A DNA stretch of 64,000 nucleotides from the NCBI GenBank assembly GCA_022813965.1, contig JALDZS010000029.1, positions 1 to 64,000 of the forward strand, given 5' to 3'. The notes below the pieces were generated by a model. The model searched no databases, was not told the origin of the DNA, and was given only the letters and a program-made list of their open reading frames with translations. Of the stretch, positions 1-13,200 are shown one piece after another; position 1 is the first letter of the stretch, and the number at the start of each line of letters is the position of its first letter. Made by a program: the position numbers and the translations under genes. The DNA is from Toensbergia leucococca. Lineage: Eukaryota.

Positions 1-2585
1 ATGTTTAATAGATGCTTAAATAACTTTATCAGACTCAATTATATGTCAATATAAAGAAGTGTGCATTCAGTATAAATAAGATAAAGTTTCTCAGATTTGT
101 CATGAGCATTAAAGAAATATTGATAAACTCATGATAAGTAACTGTTATTGTAAAATAACCTGCTCTAAAGATCTATAAGAAGGTACAATTCTTTTTAAGC
201 TTTATAAACTTCTATTGAAGATTTATTTATTATTACTTACACATAGTTAGTTCAATGACTGATCTATTAAAAGAAAGTAAAAAGAGTATTAAGACTAAAC
301 TCTTTATCTGATCTAAAAAAGCAGAAAAGGCTTTTTAGCAGCTATGTAAAAAGTGTATGAAGGCAATAATCTTATGTCATTTTAATCTCACACTTAAGAC
401 TCAAGTAGAGACTGATGTCTCTGATTATAATATTATAGAGATTATATCACAACTTCAATGAGATAATAAATGATGTTTTATCATCTTTTTCTTTAAAAAG
501 ATGACTTAGTCTAAATGCAACTAAAAGACTCATAATTAAGAATTGCTTGCTATTGTGAAGTTTTTTAAGTACTAATAACACTATTTAGAAGGTAGCAGTT
601 ATCTTATAGAAGTGCTTACTAATCGTAATAATCTGAGAGAGTTTATAAAGATCAGTTAATTAAACAAACAGCAAGCAAGATAAGCTATAATTCTTGCTTC
701 TTATGATTTTATTATTAAACACTGTTCAGACAATATAAACTCTGCAGATGAGTTATGAAGAAGATCTGACTATGCAGTAAAAGACAAAGTTATAAATTAA
801 CTTCTTTTTACTATTTAAAATAAGCTCTTCTTAATTAAAGATCTATTAAATATCTTAATATCTAAAGTTTAAACAGTACTCAGACTGATTATAAGACTTA
901 AAGACTCTCAAACAAACAAGACCTCTAAGAGAATAAATTATACATCTGCTTCTATTTTTTATAATGTAGCTGATAATCAGCTTAACTTTATCACTAAGAT
1001 TGCTGATTGTAAGCAGCTCATCCCTCATTTGACTGCTATAGCTTTAGCAGAAAATAAAATAACATATTATAATAGTAATTCTTTCTTAACAGAGATCATT
1101 TATACTCTATAACTCACTGATAAGTGAACTTATAAGCTGTGTAGCTCTTTTAAAGAACTTTAAAAATATTAAGTTAGAGTCTCTCTATGAGTATTTAAAG
1201 ATAGTAAATTGCTTAGATACTGCATAAATTCTAAAAAAGATTCTGAAAATTTAGAAGCTATATACATTCTCAAAGAGCACTTCATCAGAATGAAATTATT
1301 GTAACAGCATTATGATGATTTATTGACTGATCATTTTGATGTAAATAAGACTGCAGAGCTTCTCAGTCAAAAGTATTATTGACATAATATGATTAAAGAT
1401 GTTATAATCTATGTTAGAACATGTAATATGTGTCAATGCATTAAGTCATGTAGACATTATCTCTATGATAAACTGCAATTTCTTTCACAGTCTGTTAGTC
1501 TCTGAAAAAGATATTTTTATAAATTTTATTACTGAACTGCCTTCTTTAAGATAAAGAGAATAAGTCTATAATATGATTTTAATAATAATTAATCACTTTA
1601 TAAAGATATATTACTATATAATCACAATAATTACTATTGATTCAGCAGATTTAGCTGAGATCTTCTTTGAAGAAATTGTCTTTAAGCAAGAAATATCTAA
1701 AGATATCATGTCTTACAGAGAATCTGTCTTTATAAGTGTATTCTAATCTGAAGTCTATTATTATCCTAAGATTAGATAATATCTTAACATTATTTTTATC
1801 CTTATATTAATAAACAGACAGAATGATAAAATCAGACATTAAAGTATTATCTTTACACATATACTGCTAAAGATTAATTAAACTGAGTTTAAATGCTTTT
1901 CTTTACTGAGTTTGCATATAACTCAGTGAAGCATGTCAGTATTGAATGCTTTTTATTCTTTACTCTTATGAGATATAATTCTAAGATGCAATAAGATTTT
2001 AAGAATAAAGCCTATAAGAAAAGAGTACTGTCTGTAAAAGATAGAGTTTAAAAAAGTGATAAAATTTAATAAGCATTATCTAAACAGTAAGCAAGCATAG
2101 TTAAAATGCAAGTTAAATACTATAACAAAGTTTATAAATCTCAGACATTTGATATAAAAAACCTTGTTCTATTGTTTATTAAGAATTTAAAATAGTAACA
2201 GTTTAATAAGAAGCTATCTTATAAGTATATTAACTCTTTTAAAGTGACTGAGCTTCTGAGCATGCAGATATATTATCTAATACTATCTTAGACTTATGAA
2301 ATTTATAATATCTTTTATATTTTTTATCTAAAACTGTATAATCAGTGAGAGAATAATGTTAGCATTCTGAATCTATTACTATCTGAGCTCATTAACAAGG
2401 CTAAAGAGTAAGAGATAAAGAAAATTTTAGATTATAAAGTCATTAAGAATGAGGTTTAGTATAAGGTCAAATAAATTGACTGACCTAAGATATATAATCA
2501 ATAAGTACTTAAGATAAATCTAGAAGGTGCTTATAAAATGATAAAAAAGTATGATAATGACTGATATGTAAAAAGAAGAAAGTAA
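1..2585 (+). mobile_element. Degenerate Ty3/Gypsy (chromovirus) pol 3' part: RT end, RNase H, integrase, chromodomain; 5' end lies outside the window
   Basis: Motifs readable through stop codons: ETDVSDY (~408), ELLAIVKFFKY**HYLEG (~540), integrase zinc-binding region DHFDVNKTAELLSQKYY*...CNMCQ (~1310-1440), chromodomain E*EIKKILDY...YKVK*ID*P (~2405-2530). No 3' LTR identified. Confidence 0.9.
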
Positions 2586-5004
2586 AAATAAACTGATTAA
2601 TATGCTATCACAGATAGACACTCTTTTTCTAATTTTCTCATAAAGGTTTTTTTACAGAGTTTTATTGAGACTACTGCTAACACATCATAAAAAGCATAGA
2701 AAAAGATCTAAAGACTTAAAGAAAAATTGTTTAATTGCAAATCACATATTATACAGTCTATATTCTTTGAAGGAACTCTCTTCACCTCATAATCCTTACT
2801 TTATAATCTTTACACTGCATTATTATCTCTGAATCTCTTAGCATCTCTTCACACTTCTCACATATCTTTGCATATCTCTTAGAACCTATCTTTACACTTT
2901 AATAATCTTATTAATGTAATGACTTAGATTAGTATTTAGAAGCCTTACATGCAGTTGTTATATGATTTAAACTGTTATTTTAGCAATAAATAACATCTGT
3001 AAGAGAATGCAAGCTGATCTATTATAATTAACAAATGCTACATTCAATAAAGACTTTTATTTACTTTATAGCATTGACTGTTAATTATGTTCTTAGTAGC
3101 TATGCAGATCTTCTGCAGCTTGTTTAGAATCAACAATCTTACTGTCTTTAGATTGTTTAACTTTTTAATAAGATTACAGTGCAATTTATAATTTATATAC
3201 AGTTTTATCTCATGCTTATATTCTTTGATCAATTTAATAAAGAGAGCATTATAAGTATTATACACAGTAAGATTATTAAGGTACTGCTGACCTTTTACAT
3301 GCATTATTAATAGATAATTAATAATAAAAATAAAGACAGTAAGCATCTAATCTATTAACATGTTATTGCAGAACAGAATAGACACATATCTTAAGACAAG
3401 GCTGCTCTTAATAATGACAGTATAAGCAGACTGTAACATCTTACTTATTACAATAATACTGAGATTTATAAATATGTTTTAAACAGTGTAGACAGCAAAC
3501 TTTTAAAAGCACTAATAAGTCTTCAAATGATTTAACTGCAATAAAGAAGTTTGCATTCTAAAGAAGTTAGTTAAGCACTTAAGAGAGACTCAAAAAATGC
3601 TTATAATGTGATTATTTATAATTAATAAGCCTCTTATCAGTACTTCTTCACTTCACTGTAATTTAATATAACTCAGTAAGATCTGATTAATCTTTTTACT
3701 GACTCACATTTGTAAACACTTATGCGCTGATTAATACACAGAGAGAGAATTAATCAGATTTATAAGCTATTCAGTAAAAAGATAGCTTAAAATCATCAAA
3801 GAAGGGTGCTAAGAGTCTGAGATTCTCATAGAAGAGTTAGAAGAGTTAAAAGAATGCACATTAATTAATATCTGATTATTGTTGATGAATTGATTAACAT
3901 ATTTCTTTACAGCATCTGTAAGGTCTTTTAAAGATTTCTGAGCAATAACATAATGTTTAGTCAAACTAATAACTAAATTATTTATATTTAAATTCACTTA
4001 AGAATTCTTACTTAACAAATTACTCTTAGAGTAATTAGTATAACTGAGTAAACAGCTGACATATAATAAGTAAGTGAAATAAGTCTTTATAGATAAAACT
4101 CTATAAATTTTACAACCTCTATTACAGTCACAGTCAATAAGCTTTTTCAGTATTTTGAATAAAGACTCTTTACCTTTACAGAAAGACTTTAAATACTTTC
4201 TCATATTGATGACATAAGAAAAGATCATAATAAAGAGAGTATTAAATAATAGAGAATATTAAAGAATAAGATAGTAGAAGTCTGAATATAAGAAGACTAA
4301 GAGACAGCAGAACTATCACAGAACTATATGCACTGAGATGAGTGAAAGAAAAAAGGTTCAGAATAAGAAAAGACATTGATCTTATAGTAAATGCAGTAAA
4401 TAATTCACTCAGATTTCTCACTGTAAATGCTAAACTCTCACATTGAAGTCTCACTGAAATACTTACTGCTAGACTTTTTAAAGAAATACTAAATAGTGTT
4501 CTGACTTCATCATAAGTCATCTCACTTTGAGACTCACCTGCATGTTTTCTTACTTTACTGTGATTTCTCATTATTAAAACTTATTATAAGATATACTGAT
4601 GAGTATTCTAAAATTGACAATTAATCACTTTGAGAATAGAAAGCATGCATCATATTTATTTACTTTGCTTTTACTGCTATATTCTCTGAATTGCTCTATA
4701 AAGACTGTGTGTTTTAATAAACTCTCTCTATTAGAGTTATTTATTAAGAACTCATATATTCTTGCACTAAAGAGTTATCACATAAAAGAGAAGGCAATTG
4801 TAATTCTTTAATGTGCATTTAATGACTATAAACCTGATATAAATAATAGTCATAGCACTAGAAGTTTTAGAGTGATTAATATAAAATCTGATAAAAAGCT
4901 GATAAATAATTAGATGTTATATTATTATACTATCAATGTATTATGCTTATAGAGAAAATCTCACTTTTATCTTATTTTGCTTTCTTAGCAATTAGTTCTA
5001 TTAT

Positions 5005-5229
5005 TGTCATGGTGCAAGGCCAAGAGGCCTGCCAAGGCCTTGGACACTGCCTAGTCACGCGTTAGCGTGCTCCTTTTCGTCTGAGGTTAAATAACCTTTT
5101 AACCTCGTTCTCCTCTTATTTCCTTTGTCTTTTGTCCTATATAGTACTCAGTACATAGATCAAGCCTTATCATAGTTCCTAAACCCCTGATACAGCTGTG
5201 TTGTTCTTGCCTAAGCCCAGTTCCTGACA
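5005..5229. mobile_element. Solo LTR (225 bp) with 5-bp TSD ATTAT
   Basis: TGTCA...TGACA termini; ATTAT at 5000-5004 and at 5230-5234; more GC-rich than the flanks. Confidence 0.88.
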
Positions 5230-5760
5230 ATTATAAAGCATATTAATAATATTATTATTTCATTTATATTAAGATTTAATACTATTTATATACTTATTTA
5301 TATTGTTTATTATTTTAATTGAGTGTAGCAAGAGTTCTGCTACACTACAGTATTACATTAAAGTAGTAATAATTTTGTCTCTATGTGACAGTAAAGGTAA
5401 TGATAATTATAGTAATATTAATAGTTATTATAAGTGTTTTATCTTGATAATCATCACTGTAATAGTTATTATCAGCAAAAGTTTACCTTGCATTTAGTAC
5501 TATATTTACAATTTAGTGAGAACTGTGTAATTAACAATTAAACTGCAATCTAATTACACTTGTTAGCATCATCAGCGTTAGAATTTTGCAACATATAATT
5601 AAAATTTATTGACTAATGTTATTATATCAATAAAACTTATGTTTACATTCTACCTTAGTAAAAATGCAAACTTATCTACAGATAATTTATTATCTTTATC
5701 TATCTATCTATTTATCTATTATTTTTATCTATTATTTTTATCAACTATTCTTCTCTATCT

Positions 5761-5995
5761 ACTCAATTAATTTTATCATGATAATAGTTAGAATGTAATA
5801 AAATTGTAATATTATTAACTAAAAATTATGATCATGTCACTTAAAATTCTTCTCTTTATACTCAATTAATTTTATTATAATAATAGTCAGAATATAATAA
5901 AATTGTGACAATATGAACTAAAAATTATGATTATGTTATCTAAGACTCTTCTCTTTATACTTAATTAATTTTATTATAATGATGATTAGAATGCA
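5761..5995. repeat. Degenerate 99-bp tandem repeat, about 2.4 copies
   Basis: ACT(C/T)AATTAATTTTAT starts at 5761, 5860 and 5959; the units differ mainly by transitions. Confidence 0.8.
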
Positions 5996-6060
5996 CTAAA
6001 GTTATAATAATTCTTGATTTCTTACTTAATTTCTTATAATTAGATATATAGATAGCATAG

Positions 6061-8742
6061 TGTTATGAATATTTTTATAAAGGGTTTAGTGTATATCATA
6101 AGGGCTTAAGTTAGCATTCTCAGACTCAGTTTATTCATTGATTCAATCTCACACACTAGATATTCATGATTCTAGCACCTAGACTAGCATTCAATATATA
6201 ACACACATACTCAATACAGATTATTTACAATAATGGTAGCAGCAGTAGCTATATGATCAGGCAATTCCTATTAATGCCTTCTGAGATAAAAAACACCTTA
6301 GATACCTACACTGATATCAGTCTGACACTTAGTTCTCTAATACCTAGTCTTTTGATACCTAGTCCTTTGATGCTTAGTTACTGTGTAGCACTCTAGCTAC
6401 TGTGTAGCATCTAATCCTTCTAACATTTAGTTCCTTACTAGCTTAAAAACTTATATAGATCAAATACTTCTCTTCTATCAGTTTGTCAGTGACGTTTGAT
6501 CATCAGAAGAAAACCTTAGATTTTTTTAGCATACTCTAAATTCAGTCTAATCAGAAATACCTTACTTATCAGTAACATTCAGCTCATTAGTAACGTTTAA
6601 TTATCAGAAGAAAACATCTACAACATTATTTAGAAATACCCCTGATTTTTTAGAGCATACCATGAATTTATTTTAACCATTAGCTTATCAGTTATCTGAT
6701 CTGATAGGCTTTACTTATCAACATGTTAATTCCTTCCTTATTAGCCTGAAAATTCATACAGATTAGCTTACTAATGATTCCTTTTCTTATCAACATGATG
6801 ATTTTTTTACCTCCTACCATCATGCCTCAAGAAGATAAAAGCTGGTGTAATGTAGTACAAAGAACAATAATTGTTATAAACAATAATTTTACCGTCACTA
6901 TGAGTAAATTTGATTAAATTGAGAAAAAATGGCTAGCCTAACAAAAACAGAAGGAACAAGATTGTCAGTAACGTCTTGAAGCCTTTGTCATATCAACTTC
7001 TCCTTTGATTTATCTTTCATCTACCCCTTCTACACCTCTTGTACTGGCTAGGATTTCACATCACCTTCTGATTTCATATATACCTCCTTACCTTTCTTTT
7101 TTATTCTCATGCCTGCAATGCCCTGAGCAATTTTTATTAATTGCATCATTTTATAAGCATGTGCAGGATTATTATATCAAGCTGACTACTTCTTCTCTGA
7201 ATTCTCTTTCAGCTACTCCTTTTACACATTTATCAGTTACTTTACCTTCTTTATTCTCATGCTGATGATGCCCTAAGAAGTTTTCATCAAATACACAACT
7301 TTATAAGCATATACAGAAACATCATATTAAGCCTGTGACTACTTTAGTGACTTTAGCAATTGAAAAGATCACTGTAACTTCAGCATCAGTATCTTCCTTT
7401 TTTATCACTATAGTTACAAATTATAACACACCTCTTTCTGTTATATCAGCTGCTTCTATTACATTAGCTCCTTCTGTTATCTCAGTTACGTTCATCATAA
7501 CAGTTACCTTCATCACATCAACGTCTTTTACATTAGCTTCTCTTACTATTATCAATCCTTTTATCTTAGAAGATGATAATTCTAAGATCATCAGCAAGAT
7601 TAACTTTATTTTTGACTTGACTTTTGACTTTATTTCTAAACCTAACAGCAACATCAGCATCAGCACTACACTAACAAGTATCAGTGATGACAATACTTCA
7701 GAGCTCAAAGTAGCACTGACTACTCCTACCACAACTTCTATTACATCTATTACTACCTTATTAATGACTACTATAATTATGAATCTACTATTTATAAAAT
7801 TTATACTCTGAGACCTTTATTAAAATTCATGAGCTCTTATTATTATGCTCATTTCATTTACCTTATCAGGTCACATGCTGATATCTTTTCATGCGTTCAT
7901 GACTGAGAGATTTAGCCTTGAATTGCATGCAAAAGTGATTGAATCTCAGTGAGTTCTATTGAAAGATTCAGCCAATAAAGATATTAGATAGGTGAAATTT
8001 TGTCAAGAAGATGTGAATTATTCACTTATCAAATTGACAAATTCTAATGAAAAAAAAGTGACAATATCATATACTAAATTGCAGCAATCTTTTAGTCATA
8101 GCAGATCCTTTAGTTCAGCTAAATTCAGAACTCAAATTTTACCTGCTTACTCCTAGAGATTCATCAAAATAGCAGGTGCAAAATTGCCTGTATTCTCTGC
8201 ATGTCACGTGCATCAAAATTTGATCATGTTTAACTCACAACAACTAATCTTTTTATCTTATCATGACTTATCTTTATCTTTGACCTCAACGTTATCTACC
8301 TATTCTACCTGCTATAAATGCAAGGCCTTATTTTATTTCAGAAATGCCCTTTATTACTATCTGGAGGCATGTCTACCTCACTGTTACCACTCTGAGATAG
8401 ATGAATCATAGAGATAAAACATGACATAATCTAGTTAATACAAGCAAAAGCTAGGGCATAAAGAATAGTATTATAACTGACTATAGACTCATACAACAGA
8501 GGATCAGATATTTAATAGATGAGGCATTTAATTATATGAGCATGGCATTTTTTTAGTTTTGCGGGCATTTGTTATAAGTATTTTTATAAAGGATTTAGTG
8601 TATGTTATAAAGGGCTTAAGTTAGTGTTCTCAGACTTGATTTATTTATTGATTTAGCCTCACACACTAGATATTTATAATCTTAGCACCTAGACCAGCAT
8701 CTAACATACAACACATATACTTCATACAGATTATTTACAAGA
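6061..8742 (+). mobile_element. Non-autonomous LTR element (~2.7 kb) carrying a C2H2 zinc-finger ORF
   Basis: Direct repeats at 6061-6232 and 8570-8742; PBS-like TGGTAGCAGCAG right after the 5' LTR; flanks CATAG/CATAA (TSD with one G>A); no RT, RNase H or integrase motifs seen inside. Confidence 0.8.
6822..8411 (+). pseudogene. Stop-interrupted ORF (~530 codons) with three C2H2-like zinc fingers and a Ser/Thr-rich spacer
   Basis: ATG 6822 and ORF fragments 7005, 7335 and 8184 share one frame; CLQCPEQF...YKHVQDYY (7110), C**CPKKFSSNTQLYKHIQKHH (7260), CYKCKALFYFRNALYYYL (8310). Confidence 0.7.
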
Positions 8743-9696
8743 CATAAAGACAATGCAATAAACTATTATATGATTAAATATTACTGATTAAGATGATTGT
8801 AATAATAATGACAGAACTGACATTCTAATGATAAAGTCAGAAAGGTGAATACTATAATAAATGCACAGATTCTGCTAAAATAATGTTAATAAGAGCTAAA
8901 CTAACTGTTTTACTGCTAAATTTAAATTTAAGAATTTGAGCAGACTTACAGACTAAATTTTAGCAGCTTATTACACTGAAATTCACTTAAGAATTTTGCT
9001 GATAATAGTCTTTTGCCTTTGTCTTTAACTTAGCAAAATTTATCTAATCAGTTTAATATTACTCTTGCAGTGCTGTCAACTTATTAGCTAATCACAAATT
9101 TTTATATTAAACAGCTATTATTGATGCAGCTAGATTGAATATAATATCTCTTCAATTATAAGATTGTTATTGCACACTAACTAAGAAGTTCTTAGCTGAC
9201 TGAATTGAATTAATCTTTATATTATGTTTATTCAAAAGATAATTAAGTCTTTATTCTTATTATCAACATTTATAGTATATTATTGACATTGATTTCTTGT
9301 TTTATCATAATTATTAGTATAATTATTTTCTTCTTCTTTGAAGTCTTAAGTCTTATTAAGACTTTAAGTTTTTTAATTATCTAAGATTTAAAATCTATAA
9401 AGATCTTAAACTTCCTAAACTTAAGTATTATTACTGATAACTGTTTGACTCTAACTTAAACTTACATCACTGATTATTATAGAAAATAAGATATTTTATA
9501 GAGATAAGTCAGTTTTATCTGTGACATTCTTTATTATGATAAATTCTATTAGTATCTTTTTTACACTAATTTAAGTCACATTTTCTGTAATATAACATTG
9601 TTAATAGTAATAATATTTAGACTCTTCTTACTGAGAAGATTAAGTGTAGAAGATATTAAAATTATATCAGAGTCTAATAGATAAATTACAGAATTG

Positions 9697-9975
9697 ACTA
9701 ACATGCAGAATTGACTAAAAGTTTAGTATGTAGAAAAAGCTATCTACAGATAAGTCATAAATATTATGTAACTCACTTAGTTCTATACTAGTACTAAATA
9801 AAGTATAGCTCTAAAGTTATAACTGTATCTTTATTAGAGTCTAATAATTAATATGCAGAATTAGTAAAATTCTAGTATATAAAAGAAGTTATTTACAGGT
9901 AAGTCACAAATACTATATAACTTACTTAATCTATACTAATGCTAAATGAGGTTTGACACTAAAGTTATAACCTTA
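9697..9975. repeat. Two degenerate ~150-bp direct repeat units
   Basis: A(C/T)ATGCAGAATT at 9701 and 9851; AAAGTTATAAC at 9813 and 9961. Confidence 0.65.
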
Positions 9976-10064
9976 TCTCATACATTTAAGGGTTTGTTCA
10001 ATAAATCTGTAACAATTTTACACATTTGTAAGTTTGTCTGATAAAACAGTAATACTGTGCTTGT

Positions 10065-10280
10065 TATTATGGTCTGCTCTAGCATCCTAGCTTACATACA
10101 GATTAAGGTCAATACAAGAGCTAGAAGTTGACATGCGAGGTTGTCAAATATTACAGCTGTTACTCAGTGACACCCTGCTAAATACTTATATAACGTTCCT
10201 TTTCTATACTTTTAAATCTTTATTTTTAGTGTTCTATTTAATAGTATCTCTATGACTAGACTCTAGGCCTGACTGTGACA
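10065..10280 (+). repeat. 5' LTR of the outer Gypsy element
   Basis: Aligns end to end with 25443-25658; ends GTGACA; the initial TG is mutated to TA. Confidence 0.88.
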
Positions 10281-13200
10281 TTACATTAAAGATCTACATC
10301 AAATGTTCTATTAGCTTGTCTTCATACAAGTCTAATAACCTTAGATATTCTTCTCTTACCTTGTCTTTCTACAAGTGTAACAAAACTATTCTTAAACACT
10401 TTTTTATCAAGGCTCTTAACACATTATGCGTCATGTTCTACGCATAGAATATAATAACACAACAACACAACAATAAACAACAAATAACATCTCAACATTA
10501 TTTAATATCTCAAGCATCACTATAACAAATATTTACCTTCTATCACAACAAATCTTCTCAATACCCTTCAACTCTTTTCTTCTTTTATGACTATCTCTTT
10601 ATATTTTCTTAATCATAAACAATTCTTTTAAAGCAGAGGCTTTTAGCAGTCAGTCTTCCTCTAAACATTCAGCACAGCTTAAATCTCAGCTTTACTCTAA
10701 CCTTTTCTTATCTAATGCATCACTTATTAAGTCATCTTTTAAAGGCAATAAAGATGAAGATTTAGCAATATTTAACCTAAAAGACATCTTTACTTCTATA
10801 CAATTATGAGATTATCTAAATCAGCAGTCATAAGCCTGCTTGAATTACCTCTAATACCTTAGAAAACAATAAGATAAACTTTTTCTCATGACAGAAAAGG
10901 TGACAGAAGCTCAACAGCAATGAGATCATCTTGCGCAGCAGATAATAGACCTTAATAATGCTAACCTTAGAGATTCAGAGATAAAGATTTCTTCAGATCA
11001 GATGCTTAAAACGCAGATCAAGCTAAATCAAAAGATTATAAAGGTAAAGGACTGTCAAGCTGAGATTTATTCGCTCAAACTGAAGCTGTTTACTGTCTTG
11101 ACAGAGAAACAACTGCGGACTTTATCACTGAATTTACTATCAGACTTCTACAATCCCTCTCTCTGAGCTCTGCACCTGTCTAAAAAGATTTTAGATTCTG
11201 AGAAGCTATCTGATAAAAAGAGTTCTACCTTTAAGACATGACAGCTGCAGATAAAGCTTAAGTTAACTGATAATGAAGATTAATACCTTATTACATAGAA
11301 ACAAAAGACTTTAGTAATCTGTTCTCTCAAGGGTAATGCTATTAATTATTGCCTACCTAAGTTACTGTTTATCATTATTAATTCTTTCTTCTCTACAATA
11401 AACATTATTAAGTATTTAGTGACTATTTATAGAGATCTCAATAAGGTTTGAAATGCCTGCTGAGATTTTAATAAACTACAGCAAATAAACAATGAGCCTT
11501 TTCATCAGTTCTATGCAACCTTCTTTCTTTTAATCTTATTACTTAACATTAATGAGATTACTCTTATTATTTATTTGAAGAAGAAAGTCAACCCTTGATT
11601 GCAGGTCATTTTAGTTACTACTTTCTTAGACTTTATTAGCCTCTTAAAACTGCTAAGCTATCTGCAAAAGGTAGAGGAAAAACAGAGATACAACTAAATG
11701 TTGCATAAAGCTACCTTTCTTTTCTCTGTGAAACTTATCTACAAGATCTTTACTCTTATCTCTCAGATCTTGATAACTTATAGTGCTCACTCAAAGAAGT
11801 CAGTAATTATCTTAACTAGCAAGTCTGTGACTGTCTGTGCTCTTACCTTCTTACAGAGCAAGCTCTTCTGAATTATGCTCACAGATGTGAAAGACTTTCT
11901 GCGCACCCTTAGAACCTGCTACAACTGCAGCAAGCTCAGTTACTTTGCTCAGAATTGCATAGAGTCTAAGAAAGTCAGTCTTAGAGGTCACATTTAAGAG
12001 ATCTCAAACATTGAGAGAAATAAAAATAAGAAAGAGATAGAAGAGAAGATTAAAGAGACTTTAAAGACAGAAAACTAAAGCTCTTCATCAAAGATATGAT
12101 AAAGAAAGAGTTGTCAATTGCTTCTTTGAATTCTAATCAGGATCCTTATGCACTTAAGTCTTTTATCATAGCATGTATTCTGTTTGTAATCAACATTAAT
12201 TATAAAATACAAGCTTTGATTGACACTGATGCTTATGACTATGCTTTTATTGATTTTATTGCCGCGCATCTCCTTTGTAAACTCTTCTCTATCTTCTCTA
12301 TTTTGTTAATCAAGTCTAAACTCATCTGAGGGTTTAATGAGAAACACAACACATTTATTATGCATTAGATTCTGATAAATCTACAGATGACAGATTACTC
12401 TAAACTGTTCTGCTTATTGTTGATCATCACATTATATTAACATAACCTTATTTTAAAGAAAATCTGAATGAATCATCATAGAGTATTGCTAAACATGAGT
12501 GCTAATGAGCTTCATTTCTTGTCTAAAAGGTATGATTATTCTGAAGCGTCTATAGCAGACTAAACAGTTGAGAATGTATCTGAAGTCAATCTCTCCTTAA
12601 GTTACTAATGCATTGCTACACCCTTTAAAGCTTTAGTTTCTTCAGTTAAGATCTCTTCAATTAAGCTCTCTTCAGTTAAGTGACCTTCAGACAAACATTC
12701 TTTCTCATATTTTTTCTTTTGATAGTGACCTGACTGACAATACTTCTGATAAAACTCAAACTTTCTCTGAGAAAATGAGACATCTTTGTGCACTCTTTCA
12801 GATACTTAGAAGCCTTTGTTCTCAGAGACATTATACAGAAGTCACTAAACAGAAACTGAGATTGCTTATTAAAGAATAAACGCTGCAGTGAACCTAACAG
12901 AGATAGAAGCTGTGATCTTAGTCTGAAGATGATCTGAGAGTTATCAAACACTTATCTCAGTGAACATTTATAAAGTCAACACTGCCTTATTTTACCTTTT
13001 AATAAAAGATCTGCAGAATTAGGTTTTCTTTATTATCATTGCAAAGATTAAGAAGTTATAGACACAGAAAGTGACTAAGAATTCTTTCTTATTAGAGGTC
13101 ACCTTTCTGAGTAAAATGAGCTCAGTGAACACCGCAGAACTAATGATCAAAATGCTCTTAGAATATCATGATTATATTGATATTTTTGATAAGCAAGCAG

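Noticed and set aside
5761..5995. Ankyrin repeats (33 aa) or a CRISPR array
   Set aside because: No ankyrin motif in the frames examined; the units are contiguous without unique spacers, and the context is eukaryotic.
7421..7732. Antisense Val/Glu-rich ORF (likewise 16145-16411)
   Set aside because: Shadow of the Ser/Thr-rich low-complexity frame on the opposite strand.
8743..10064. Identity of the oldest AT-rich sequence flanking the LTR elements (also 25659-26750)
   Set aside because: Too mutated to recognise any transposase or gene motif by eye; left unassigned.
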